From a virus (Duplodnaviria > Caudoviricetes): DNA of 33,029 bases. Below, piece by piece: positions 16,100-25,168 of the stretch. The notes under the pieces are model-generated. The model ran no database searches. It saw only the letters and a list, made by a program, of their open reading frames with translations, and had not been told where the DNA came from. The first letter of the stretch is position 1. Each line of letters starts with the position of its first letter. Position numbers and translations under genes: made by a program. Location: the IMG/VR virus record IMGVR_UViG_3300044233_001339, positions 1-33,029 of that record; one strand, given 5' to 3'.

Positions 16100-17724
16100 G
16101 ATCAGATGACGATTCAAAGTTTATTCAACATGAGCCATGCCCTAAGTGTGGCTCTAAGGATAACTTAGCTAGATATTCAGACGGTCACGCCTATTGTTTT
16201 TCATCCGGTTGCGGATACCATGAAAAATCAAACGGTAACGTGGTTAGTCTGGAAAGGTTTAAACAAACGAGGTCTTTGGATATGACAGGAGTGGTTGCGG
16301 CAATCCCAGATCGAAGAATCAGCCAAAGTATAGCTAGTAAGTACGGAGTTACGGTTGAGTTCGGAACAGATGGAAAAATTACAAAACACCATTATCCTTA
16401 CTATGATAAGGATTCAAAAAACATAATCGCATCTAAAGTAAGAATATGCGATAACAAAAGCTTTTACTCTACAGGAGATTTTCATAATGTCGGGCTATTC
16501 GGGCAACAGGCGTTCCAAGGTGGCGGTCAATACATTACGATCACAGAGGGCGAGGTCTGTTGCTTGGCTGTCTGTGAAATGTTCGATGGGAAATACCCCG
16601 TTGTATCCATTAGAAGCGGAGCGTCAGGAGCAGTTAAGGACATCAAAGAAAACCTAGAGTGGTTAGAGACATTTAAGAATGTAATTATTTGTTTTGATAG
16701 TGATAAAGCAGGACAGGATGCCGCGAAGCGTGTTCTTGATCTGTTCAGTCCAAACAAAGCAAAGAATGTAGTGCTCCCGATCAAAGATGCGGGTGCTATG
16801 TTAGAGCAAAATAAAGTTCAAGCTTTTGTCCGTGAGTGGTGGAACGCAAAAACGTATCAGCCTGATGGTATAGTACCCGGTAAGGACACTTGGGAGCTGA
16901 TTTTAGAGCGTTCCGATAGGGAGTCTATACCCTACCCTTGGGCTTGCTTAAACGAGCTTACACACGGTTTTAGGCCCCAAGAATTGGTTACGATAACTTC
17001 CGGTTCCGGCATGGGTAAATCACAAATTGTAAGGGAACTTGAACATTACTTATTAAATGCTACCGAAGATAATATTGGAGTGTTAGCATTAGAGGAGGAT
17101 ATTACCAAGACTGCCCTTGGTATTATGTCCATTGAAGCGAATCGTTTACTTCACTTGGATAAAGATGTAAATGAGGCAGAGAAGAGAAAATATTGGGAGA
17201 ATACTCTAGGTAAAGGCCGGGTATACTTATTTGACCATTGGGGCTCCACAAATGAGGATAACCTTTTGGGTAGAATCAGATACATGGCTAAAGGTCTGGA
17301 TTGCAAATGGATTATCCTTGACCACTTGAGTATTGTTGTGAGCGATCAGGAAACTGGCGATGAACGAAAAGCTATTGATAGTATTATGACTAACTTGAGA
17401 AAGCTTGTTCAAGAGACTGGCGTTGGTTTATTCCTTGTTTCTCACTTGAGAAGACCAAGCGGTTCAAAAGCTCACGAAGATGGCGGCAAGATAAGCTTAG
17501 GTGAACTTAGAGGTTCAGCGGCTATCGCTCAGTTGTCGGATATCGTGATTGGTTTGGAGCGTGATCAACAACACAATGATCCCAAAATAAGAAACACAAC
17601 TACAGTTAGAGTACTTAAAAATCGCTATGTAGGACTAACAGGCCCGGCTTGTTATTTGTTTTATGATAAAGATACAGGTCGTATGCATGAAACAAGTTGT
17701 CCGGTAGAAGATGAGAACTTTTAA
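16096..17724 (+). CDS. DNA primase-helicase (T7 gp4-like)
   Basis: Cys4 zinc domain, TOPRIM EGE and FDSD, Walker A SGSGMGKS, ILDHL, LRGSAAIAQLSD, LKNRYVG. Confidence 0.95.
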   Translation: MRSDDDSKFIQHEPCPKCGSKDNLARYSDGHAYCFSSGCGYHEKSNGNVVSLERFKQTRSLDMTGVVAAIPDRRISQSIASKYGVTVEFGTDGKITKHHYPYYDKDSKNIIASKVRICDNKSFYSTGDFHNVGLFGQQAFQGGGQYITITEGEVCCLAVCEMFDGKYPVVSIRSGASGAVKDIKENLEWLETFKNVIICFDSDKAGQDAAKRVLDLFSPNKAKNVVLPIKDAGAMLEQNKVQAFVREWWNAKTYQPDGIVPGKDTWELILERSDRESIPYPWACLNELTHGFRPQELVTITSGSGMGKSQIVRELEHYLLNATEDNIGVLALEEDITKTALGIMSIEANRLLHLDKDVNEAEKRKYWENTLGKGRVYLFDHWGSTNEDNLLGRIRYMAKGLDCKWIILDHLSIVVSDQETGDERKAIDSIMTNLRKLVQETGVGLFLVSHLRRPSGSKAHEDGGKISLGELRGSAAIAQLSDIVIGLERDQQHNDPKIRNTTTVRVLKNRYVGLTGPACYLFYDKDTGRMHETSCPVEDENF

Positions 17725-19454
17725 TGAAAAAGTACGTCATCGACATAGAGGCGAATGGTCTTAGGCCCGATACTGTATGGTGTATTTGTATCCATGATTT
17801 GGAGACAGATGAGGGGACATCTTGGGTAGATACAGCACTCAATGATTTCTCAAAGTGGGTTGAGGATAATAAACCTATGGAACTCATCGGTCACAATATT
17901 ATTGGTTATGATATACCAGTGATAGAGAAGTTACTTAAAGTTGATTTCTCTGAGTGTAAGATAACGGATACTTTAGTTATGTCTAGACTTGAATCACCCT
18001 CTAGAGAAGGGGGACATTCTTTAGATAATTGGGGTATTATGTTGAATTTTCCTAAAGGGGAACATAATGATTGGACTGCTTTTTCTTATGATATGTTATC
18101 GTATTGCATACGTGATGTTAAGCTTAATGTACAGGTGTACAGGGCGTTACTACACAAACTTAGAGTTTTTGGCTCTGAAAGCATTGATCTTGAGCATCAG
18201 GTTCAAAGCATCATTACAAAACAAATTGATCGAGGATGGTTACTTGATCAGGGGAAAGCTTTAGAATTATTAGCAAAGCTTAAAGAGAGGAAGAATGAAC
18301 TGGAGGATGAGGTTCAAAAAATATTTAAACCTTTACCGGTGTTTGTTAAAAGTATTGTACCTAAAGTTAAAAAGGATGGTACAATATCGGTAGTAGGTTT
18401 AAAATTCTTAGGTGATCAATGGGAAACAGTCGTAGGTAATTTTAGTAGATTAGACTATCCATTGTTTAACTTAGGTTCTCGTCAACAGATTGGTAAGTAC
18501 TTACAATACTTTGGGTGGAAACCTGAAAAGTTTACTGAAACCGGTCAGGCTGTAGTTGACGAAGATGTACTAAGTAGAGTCGAGGGAATACCCCAAGCTA
18601 CACTTATTGGTGAGTACTTGATGATACAAAAGAGAGTCGCACAGATACAAAGTTGGTTGGATGCATTATGGGACGATGGAAGAGTCCATGGTTCGGTAAA
18701 TCCTAACGGTGCTGTAACTGGACGAATGACTCATTCAGGGCCGAATATGGGGCAAATCCCGGCTGTTTACTCCCCTTACGGGAAAGAGTGCCGACAGTTA
18801 TGGATAGCCCCTGACGGTTATAAGATAGTAGGCATGGATGCAAGCGGACTTGAAGCACGTATGCTCGCCCACTATATGAACGACAAGGACTACACTAATG
18901 AAATTTTGCACGGAGACATTCATTCGGCAAACCAGTTGGCTACGGGCGTTGAAACTAGAGATCAAGCTAAGACTTTCTACTACGCTTTCCTTTATGGAGC
19001 CGGGGATTCTAAAATCGGAAGTATCATCGGCGGAACTGCAAGAGATGGTAAAGAGCTTAAGGAAAAGTTCCTCAGAAATACGCCGGCTCTTAGAAGATTA
19101 CGAGAACGAGTTAGCATGGCGAGCGGAAGAGGTTACATTCTTGGATTGGATAGGCGAAGGGTCTATGTACGATCAGAACACGCGGCGTTAAATACTTTAT
19201 TACAATCAGCCGGAGCGATTGTTATGAAGAAAGCTCTAGCATTGTTGGACGAGTACGCAACTAAGTGGAAATTAAAATATCACTTTGTAGGGAACATACA
19301 CGATGAAATCCAGACAGAGGTCGAGCAAGAGAAGGCTGAGGTTTTTGGGAGGCTCGCCTGTAGCTGTATTGAGGCGGCGGGATTACACTTCAATCTCAAC
19401 TGTCCACTCGAAGGAGAATACAAAGTGGGATACTCGTGGGCTGAGACTCACTAA
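17724..19454 (+). CDS. DNA polymerase family A (T7 gp5-like)
   Basis: Exonuclease DIE, HNIIGYD, YCIRD; motif A DASGLE, motif B RDQAKTFYYAFLYG, motif C HDE. Confidence 0.95.
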   Translation: MKKYVIDIEANGLRPDTVWCICIHDLETDEGTSWVDTALNDFSKWVEDNKPMELIGHNIIGYDIPVIEKLLKVDFSECKITDTLVMSRLESPSREGGHSLDNWGIMLNFPKGEHNDWTAFSYDMLSYCIRDVKLNVQVYRALLHKLRVFGSESIDLEHQVQSIITKQIDRGWLLDQGKALELLAKLKERKNELEDEVQKIFKPLPVFVKSIVPKVKKDGTISVVGLKFLGDQWETVVGNFSRLDYPLFNLGSRQQIGKYLQYFGWKPEKFTETGQAVVDEDVLSRVEGIPQATLIGEYLMIQKRVAQIQSWLDALWDDGRVHGSVNPNGAVTGRMTHSGPNMGQIPAVYSPYGKECRQLWIAPDGYKIVGMDASGLEARMLAHYMNDKDYTNEILHGDIHSANQLATGVETRDQAKTFYYAFLYGAGDSKIGSIIGGTARDGKELKEKFLRNTPALRRLRERVSMASGRGYILGLDRRRVYVRSEHAALNTLLQSAGAIVMKKALALLDEYATKWKLKYHFVGNIHDEIQTEVEQEKAEVFGRLACSCIEAAGLHFNLNCPLEGEYKVGYSWAETH

Positions 19455-19465
19455 GGAAGACAGAG

Positions 19466-20350
19466 ATGTCCAAGAGAACAACTGAGACTTTAGTTAGAGA
19501 TATTTATAGGTTGATGATAAGTAGGGAAGCACCCGAAGATGTAAACGTGGATGAAGAGATAGAGCGATTCGGGGAAGCAGTAAAAGCATTAATGAAAAAA
19601 GAATTTTCCGATGATAGGATAAAAGATAACAAAAGAAAACTAAGGTTATCTAGCATAGGTAGAACAGACAAGTACCTTTGGAATTCATTCCATAAAACTA
19701 AGTCTGAAAATATATTACCTCATACTTATATTAAATTCATGTATGGACATTTAATAGAGGAACTACTTTTGTTTTTTACTAGGATGTCCGGTCACGAAGT
19801 TACTGATGAACAAAAAGTCTGTGAAGTGGAAGGAGTTATAGGCCACATGGATTGTAAAATAGATGGCGTGGTTACAGACGTTAAATCAGCAAGCAGTTAT
19901 GGGTTTAAGAAATTTAAGGAAGGTACTTTGGCATTTGATGATCCCTTTGGATACATTGATCAAATTAAAGCATATGCACACTCAGAGGGTGAACGAAAGT
20001 TTGGTTGGCTTGCCATGGATAAAACAAATGGTCACTTAACTTATTTAAAGTATGATCTTGATGATAAAAAATCATCTGTATTTAACTTTTTAAACAAAGA
20101 AAGTATTGTAGATCGCGTTAAGCACGTTAAGAAAATGATCAAAAGAAAAGAGCCTAAAAAGCTTTGTTATGAACCTATACCTGACGGTAAATCAGGCAAT
20201 TTAAAATTAGCTATTGGCTGTTCCTATTGTCAATTTAAAAGGCATTGCTATCCTGAGTTAAGAATATTTAACTATGCATATGCACCTAAATTTTTAGTCA
20301 AAGTAGTTAATGAACCTAGAGTTCAGGAAATAACTATCAATGACAAATAA
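19466..20350 (+). CDS. PD-(D/E)XK exonuclease (Cas4/RecB-like)
   Basis: GHMD...DVKS, QxxxY, C-terminal CSYC...C. Confidence 0.8.
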   Translation: MSKRTTETLVRDIYRLMISREAPEDVNVDEEIERFGEAVKALMKKEFSDDRIKDNKRKLRLSSIGRTDKYLWNSFHKTKSENILPHTYIKFMYGHLIEELLLFFTRMSGHEVTDEQKVCEVEGVIGHMDCKIDGVVTDVKSASSYGFKKFKEGTLAFDDPFGYIDQIKAYAHSEGERKFGWLAMDKTNGHLTYLKYDLDDKKSSVFNFLNKESIVDRVKHVKKMIKRKEPKKLCYEPIPDGKSGNLKLAIGCSYCQFKRHCYPELRIFNYAYAPKFLVKVVNEPRVQEITINDK

Positions 20351-20714
20351 TAAGTTTAGATCAGGATTAGAGGAAGCGATTTATTTAAAGTTAAATAGTA
20401 GATTCAAGTATGAACCTTACAAAATACCTTATATTATAGCCAGGAATTACTTACCTGATTTTGTACACGAGAAAAAAAGAATACTTATAGAGGCTAAAGG
20501 TTTTTTTAGAGTAGGTGATACTAAAAAGTATACATCAATAAGAGATTCCGTCCCTGATTGGGAGCTTGTTTTTATACTATCTAATCCTAAAAAGAAAGTC
20601 AGGAAAGGCAGTAAGATATGCATGGGGAAATGGTGCGCTAAGGAAAATTTTAAGTTTTATACAATGGAGAACATTGATTTATTGTTAAAATATGTTAAGG
20701 AAAAGAAATGTTAA
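20340..20714 (+). CDS. Endonuclease I-like Holliday junction resolvase (T7 gp3-like)
   Basis: FRSGLE, YLPDF, IEAKG. Confidence 0.85.
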   Translation: MTNNKFRSGLEEAIYLKLNSRFKYEPYKIPYIIARNYLPDFVHEKKRILIEAKGFFRVGDTKKYTSIRDSVPDWELVFILSNPKKKVRKGSKICMGKWCAKENFKFYTMENIDLLLKYVKEKKC

Positions 20715-20890
20715 CTTTCGATGAGCTGTTGCAGGAAATAGCTGATACACATGATGTTGAACTAATCTGTGAAACATTAGAGATAACTCCTATGGATTTA
20801 TTAAAGAGATTTGAAGATAGGACTATCCGTTGGTTGCACGATAACTATTATGATACACCTAAAGTAGAGGAAGAAGATGAAGAAGAATAA
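20708..20890 (+). CDS. Small acidic hypothetical protein
   Basis: 60 aa; AAGGA RBS; overlaps both neighbours. Confidence 0.7.
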   Translation: MLTFDELLQEIADTHDVELICETLEITPMDLLKRFEDRTIRWLHDNYYDTPKVEEEDEEE

Positions 20891-21119
20891 AAAAGATGAA
20901 GAAATCTATAGACCTAAGCACTATAATTGTGGTACAATAGAGTGTATTGAAGCTATTCAAGAATCCATGTCATCACATGCATTTAAAGGTTATCTAAAAG
21001 GTAACTGTATGAAATACTTGTGGCGGTATGATTACAAAGGTAAACAAGTACAAGACTTAGGTAAATGTAAGTGGTACTTAAATAAATTAATCGGTATAGT
21101 AGAGGAGGAAAATAAATAG
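20877..21119 (+). CDS. DUF3310 protein (T7 gp1.7-like nucleotide kinase family)
   Basis: PKHY, IECIEAI, GNCMKYLWRY..KG...DL.K..WYL. Confidence 0.85.
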   Translation: MKKNKKDEEIYRPKHYNCGTIECIEAIQESMSSHAFKGYLKGNCMKYLWRYDYKGKQVQDLGKCKWYLNKLIGIVEEENK

Positions 21120-23009
21120 ATGGATCAGTACCAACAGTTTATACACAAATCTAGATACGCCCGTTGGCTATCAGATGAAAACAGAAGAGAGACTTGGGAA
21201 GAAACGGTACAAAGATACGTAGACTTTTGGGTTAATCGTAAACAAATAGACGAGAAGACAGCTAAGAAAATATATAATGCGATTTATAACTTGGAAGTTA
21301 TGCCATCTATGAGATGTTTAATGACTGCCGGTGAAGCTTTAGATAAAGATAATGTAGCAGGATTTAATTGTAGTTATCTACACATAGACTCCCCTAGGTC
21401 TTTTGATGAGCTTATGTATGTTCTTATGTGCGGAACTGGAGTTGGTTTTAGTGTTGAAAGAAACTTCATTAATAAAATGCCAGTTATCGCTGAGAGTTTC
21501 CATGAGTCCGATAGCGTGATTGTAGTAGCTGACAGTAAGATAGGATGGGCTTCAGCGTTTAGAGAGCTAATAGCTATGTTATATGCCGGTAAAATACCAC
21601 AGTATGACATAAGTAAGGTTAGACCGGCAGGAGCGAGACTAAAAACCTTTGGTGGGCGAGCAAGTGGCCCTGAACCTTTGGTTGACTTGTTTAAGTTTTG
21701 TATAGATGTTTTCAAAAAAGCGGCAGGTCGTAAGTTAACTTCCATTGAGTGCCATGATATCTGCTGTAAGATAGCGGACATCGTAGTGGTCGGTGGTGTT
21801 AGAAGATCAGCGTTGATTAGTTTATCTAATTTATCTGATCAAAGAATGGCTAGAGCTAAGTCTGGTGACTGGTGGCGAAACGAAGGACAGCGTAGGTTAG
21901 CTAACAATAGTGTAGCGTACACAGAGAAGCCTGACTTTGAATCGTTCCTAGCTGAAATGCAAAACCTGTATGAATCCAAAGCCGGAGAGAGGGGAATCTT
22001 TAGTAGAATTGCGGCACAGAACATTGCGGCACGAAACGAAAGGCGTGACCCTGATCAAGACTTTGGAACTAACCCTTGTTCTGAGATTATACTTAGATCA
22101 AATCAATTCTGTAATCTTTCAGAGGTAGTTGTAAGACCTCAAGATGATCTCAAGTCTTTGAAAAACAAAGTTGAGATTGCTACTATCATAGGTACGCTAC
22201 AGGCTACATTAACTAATTTCAGGTATCTACGTAAAGTATGGGAAAAGAACACCGAGGAAGAGGCTCTTTTAGGTGTTAGTTTGACTGGTATTATGGATCA
22301 CGATCTTTTGCAGATGCCCGAAAATGCCACGATTATGTTAAAGAAGTGGCTAACGGAGATGAAAAATGTCGCAATCAATACTAATAAAGTATGGGCTGAA
22401 CGTCTTGGTATTAATCAGTCTGCCGCTATCACTTGTGTTAAGCCTAGTGGTACGGTTTCTCAGTTGGTTGACTCTGCTAGCGGGATTCACCCTAGGTTTT
22501 CTAAGTATTATATTAGAAGAGTACGTGGAGACCAAAAAGACCCGCTTTCTACCTTTATGGAAAAATCAGGATTCCCTGTCGAACAAGACTTAATGAACTT
22601 GTCCAATTTAGTTTTTAGTTTCCCTATTAAATCCCCAGAAACTAGTGTTTCTGAAGATGTAAAGATTAGTGCTCTAAAACAACTAGAGCTTTGGGAGACA
22701 TATCAAAACTATTGGTGCGAGCATAAGCCAAGCATCACAGTATATTATACGGATGATGAGTTTTTGGAAGTTGCTCAATGGATATGGAATAACTTTGACA
22801 TCTGTTCTGGTATTAGTTTGTTGCCTTTTAGTGATCATGTTTATCAACAAGCTCCTTATGAAAAAATCTGTGAAGATAGATATAATGAGTTATTAGAGGA
22901 AATGCCTAAAGGTGTAGACTGGAATGACTTATCTAACTTTGAAACGGAAGATAACACTACGGGCTCTCAGGAACTAGCCTGTGTAGGGACTTCATGTGAA
23001 ATCCAATAA
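21120..23009 (+). CDS. nrdJ: Class II adenosylcobalamin-dependent ribonucleotide reductase (RTPR type)
   Basis: PSMR, FNCS, TNPCSEI, FCNL, VKPSGT, C-terminal C-x4-C pair; no beta subunit gene present. Confidence 0.9.
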   Translation: MDQYQQFIHKSRYARWLSDENRRETWEETVQRYVDFWVNRKQIDEKTAKKIYNAIYNLEVMPSMRCLMTAGEALDKDNVAGFNCSYLHIDSPRSFDELMYVLMCGTGVGFSVERNFINKMPVIAESFHESDSVIVVADSKIGWASAFRELIAMLYAGKIPQYDISKVRPAGARLKTFGGRASGPEPLVDLFKFCIDVFKKAAGRKLTSIECHDICCKIADIVVVGGVRRSALISLSNLSDQRMARAKSGDWWRNEGQRRLANNSVAYTEKPDFESFLAEMQNLYESKAGERGIFSRIAAQNIAARNERRDPDQDFGTNPCSEIILRSNQFCNLSEVVVRPQDDLKSLKNKVEIATIIGTLQATLTNFRYLRKVWEKNTEEEALLGVSLTGIMDHDLLQMPENATIMLKKWLTEMKNVAINTNKVWAERLGINQSAAITCVKPSGTVSQLVDSASGIHPRFSKYYIRRVRGDQKDPLSTFMEKSGFPVEQDLMNLSNLVFSFPIKSPETSVSEDVKISALKQLELWETYQNYWCEHKPSITVYYTDDEFLEVAQWIWNNFDICSGISLLPFSDHVYQQAPYEKICEDRYNELLEEMPKGVDWNDLSNFETEDNTTGSQELACVGTSCEIQ

Positions 23010-23042
23010 ACAAAAGGGGTCTTAATTGACCCCTTAGTTTTA
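23010..23042. terminator. Bidirectional rho-independent terminator between the two genome arms
   Basis: AAGGGGTC-TTAATT-GACCCCTT with an A-rich left flank and T-rich right flank; convergent genes on either side. Confidence 0.85.
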
Positions 23043-23093
23043 TTACTTTTTAACAATGTACTTGACACCGCGATATACATATACATATTCCAT
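23043..23093 (-). CDS. 16-aa YRG-motif peptide (DUF4278-like)
   Basis: MEYVYVYRGVKYIVKK; strong AAGGAG RBS; double TAA stop right before the terminator. Confidence 0.7.
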   Translation of the reverse strand: MEYVYVYRGVKYIVKK

Positions 23094-23171
23094 GTCTTCT
23101 CTCCTTAATCATTTCTTGGTTAATGAAACGATCTTTTGACGCATGATCTATGCGAAGGTTTTACCTTACCT
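23094..23171 (-). promoter_or_regulatory. Candidate structured RNA leader (hairpin plus H-type pseudoknot)
   Basis: AAGGU-AAA-ACCUU, then CGCAU-AGAUC-AUGCG whose loop is complementary to GAUC after a UCAAAA linker. Confidence 0.45.
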
Positions 23172-25154
23172 CTAGTCTTCTTCTTTAGCAAAAACACCTA
23201 AACCTAAACCAACTTTTTGACCTGTTAATAACTGTTGTAAAGTAGCGTTGAATTTAGGGGATAAAACAGATCCATTCTTTTCTGCGGCGTTTACTGCTTT
23301 TATCATGTTTATTGCTTTGTCTATCTTTTCCGGCCTTATTGCGTTTTTAGCCGCAAAGGACGGTATAAAATTTTTAATTAAATTAGTAGTTCTTGGGTTT
23401 CTAATTGTACCTATTTCTCCAGAGGCTACCGATAAAGATAATCCTGTATCTAATGTATCAAACCTTTGAAATATTTCTATTTCGTCAAACAATACTTTTA
23501 GTTTATTTTTAGCCGGAGTTCCTTCAAATAAAGCATCAAATGTTTCCTTAAACCTAGGACTACTTAATTGTTTTCTGAGTTTCCCAACAGATTTAATTGG
23601 TTCATCTCTTGCTTCAACTTTAAGTATTTCCTCTAAAAAACCTTTTCTAACTTCTTGTAAAGGATTTACAGATAATCCATCTAAAGTAACTTTAGTTTCA
23701 TCAAAACCTTTTGGAAGTTTTACTTTTAAGTCTTTAGATAGCTTCATTAATTCATTAACAGCGTCAACTCCTAAGCCGCCTGAATCTGGAGAAGCAATGA
23801 TTTTACCTATCTGGGCCGGCTTTAGTGTTTTAACTGCTTGTTGAATAAATGAATTTTCAACTACTTTTCTTGATTTTGAGTAAAAGTCAGTTACGTCTTT
23901 ATATTGTTTAGCTAAAGTTGGGGATAATCTTTCAGCCGCTTCAGACATTCCTTCTTCAAGAAGTTTTATAGTTTGTTGTAAAACAGGTATCCTATTTTTT
24001 TCTTGAGCACTAACGGCTACTTTTCCAGTTTTGTTTTGTAAGTTAAACAAAGTTGTTTTTAAATTACTTATTCTTTTGTGTGCTTCAGTGAAAGTTAAAT
24101 CAGGAGGCAAGTCTTGTAAAAAAGATACGTCCCCTGAAAGTCCTTGAGGAGCTTCAAAAACATTTTTAAGTTTACCATCATCTCCTCTTTTTACTTTTCT
24201 ACCATCTCTTTTAATTTCGTCTGCTAAGGCCCGTGCTTTATCTCTAATGTTTAAAGTAACATTTTTTCCTTTTGCATCTATTACTTTGTAGATAGGAGTT
24301 ACTATTTCCTGTATTGCGGCTTCTGATTGTTGAGCTAAACTTTGAAGAACTTTACCTTGCGCTGTCGGGCCTCTACTACTAAACTCGCCTAATATTTGAC
24401 CTATTTGATTACCCATGTAAGTATTGTAACCTTTTAAGTACCGTTCAACAGTATCTTTTGTTAATTGAGATACTGCGGCTACTGAAGTTAAGAGACTAGC
24501 GGTTTTACTGTTAACATCTGCCATTGCCGGTAACAAAGGAACATCATAGTCCTTTAGTTTTCTTTGTATTTCACTAACAGTTTCTATTTTTTCATCGCCT
24601 TGCTTTAAACCAAATAAGAAATTTTTAGCTCCTTTATATGTTTTACCCACTACAGGAAATGCTATTCCAAAAGCAGTAGAGGCAATAGCCTCAGTTTGTG
24701 CGGAATCTACAGCCGCTTGTAAAGCCTTATCTGGGTTAAATTCTCTTCCTTCAATATAGTCCTCAATTACCTCTCCTGCAAATCTGCTCCCAAATACTAC
24801 AGAACTAGTAGCCGCTGTTCCTGCTATAAGACCACCTGCCAAAGCACCTTTTGGGCCTAATACAGCTCCTGCCGCCGCTCCTTTGGACGTTGCAGGGCCA
24901 ACTACTGCTAATGCTGTTCCTAACTCTAATGATGGAGCAATCCAATCAGCCCATGATTCTACATCTGTAGGACTCATAGTTTCCTGTATATCATTATTAG
25001 TCTCAAGCTCTATTTCATCTGCGTACCTATCTTTTACTCTAGCTAATATATCAGGATCGGTAACAGGTACAAGCCCTTTTATTCTCTCAGTACGAGAGCT
25101 TTGTAATCCTTTTGCTTTATTTAGTATATCAGGATCGGTTACTGGCTTTAACAT
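23172..25154 (-). CDS. Large internal virion (ejection) protein, putative
   Basis: 660 aa, helical, with a Gly/Ala-rich hydrophobic N-terminal segment; last large gene of the tail operon. Confidence 0.6.
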   Translation of the reverse strand: MLKPVTDPDILNKAKGLQSSRTERIKGLVPVTDPDILARVKDRYADEIELETNNDIQETMSPTDVESWADWIAPSLELGTALAVVGPATSKGAAAGAVLGPKGALAGGLIAGTAATSSVVFGSRFAGEVIEDYIEGREFNPDKALQAAVDSAQTEAIASTAFGIAFPVVGKTYKGAKNFLFGLKQGDEKIETVSEIQRKLKDYDVPLLPAMADVNSKTASLLTSVAAVSQLTKDTVERYLKGYNTYMGNQIGQILGEFSSRGPTAQGKVLQSLAQQSEAAIQEIVTPIYKVIDAKGKNVTLNIRDKARALADEIKRDGRKVKRGDDGKLKNVFEAPQGLSGDVSFLQDLPPDLTFTEAHKRISNLKTTLFNLQNKTGKVAVSAQEKNRIPVLQQTIKLLEEGMSEAAERLSPTLAKQYKDVTDFYSKSRKVVENSFIQQAVKTLKPAQIGKIIASPDSGGLGVDAVNELMKLSKDLKVKLPKGFDETKVTLDGLSVNPLQEVRKGFLEEILKVEARDEPIKSVGKLRKQLSSPRFKETFDALFEGTPAKNKLKVLFDEIEIFQRFDTLDTGLSLSVASGEIGTIRNPRTTNLIKNFIPSFAAKNAIRPEKIDKAINMIKAVNAAEKNGSVLSPKFNATLQQLLTGQKVGLGLGVFAKEED

Positions 25155-25168
25155 TATTTTTAACCTCT

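Noticed and set aside
18067-19485. Alternate-frame ORFs inside the polymerase, and antisense ORFs in primase, nrdJ, portal and terL
   Set aside because: Nested in conserved genes, with no recognisable motifs or clear RBS
19466-20350. CRISPR-associated Cas4 or a CRISPR array
   Set aside because: No repeat-spacer array or other cas genes seen; context is that of a phage replication exonuclease
9764-23009. Introns, inteins or homing endonucleases in terL, polA or nrdJ
   Set aside because: ORFs are uninterrupted and of compact length, with no HNH, LAGLIDADG or intein motifs seen
23094-23171. Cobalamin riboswitch, or canonical glutamine/preQ1/SAM-II riboswitch
   Set aside because: Too short and on the wrong side of nrdJ for a B12 element; conserved core sequences of the other classes are not evident by eye, so it is kept only as an unassigned candidate
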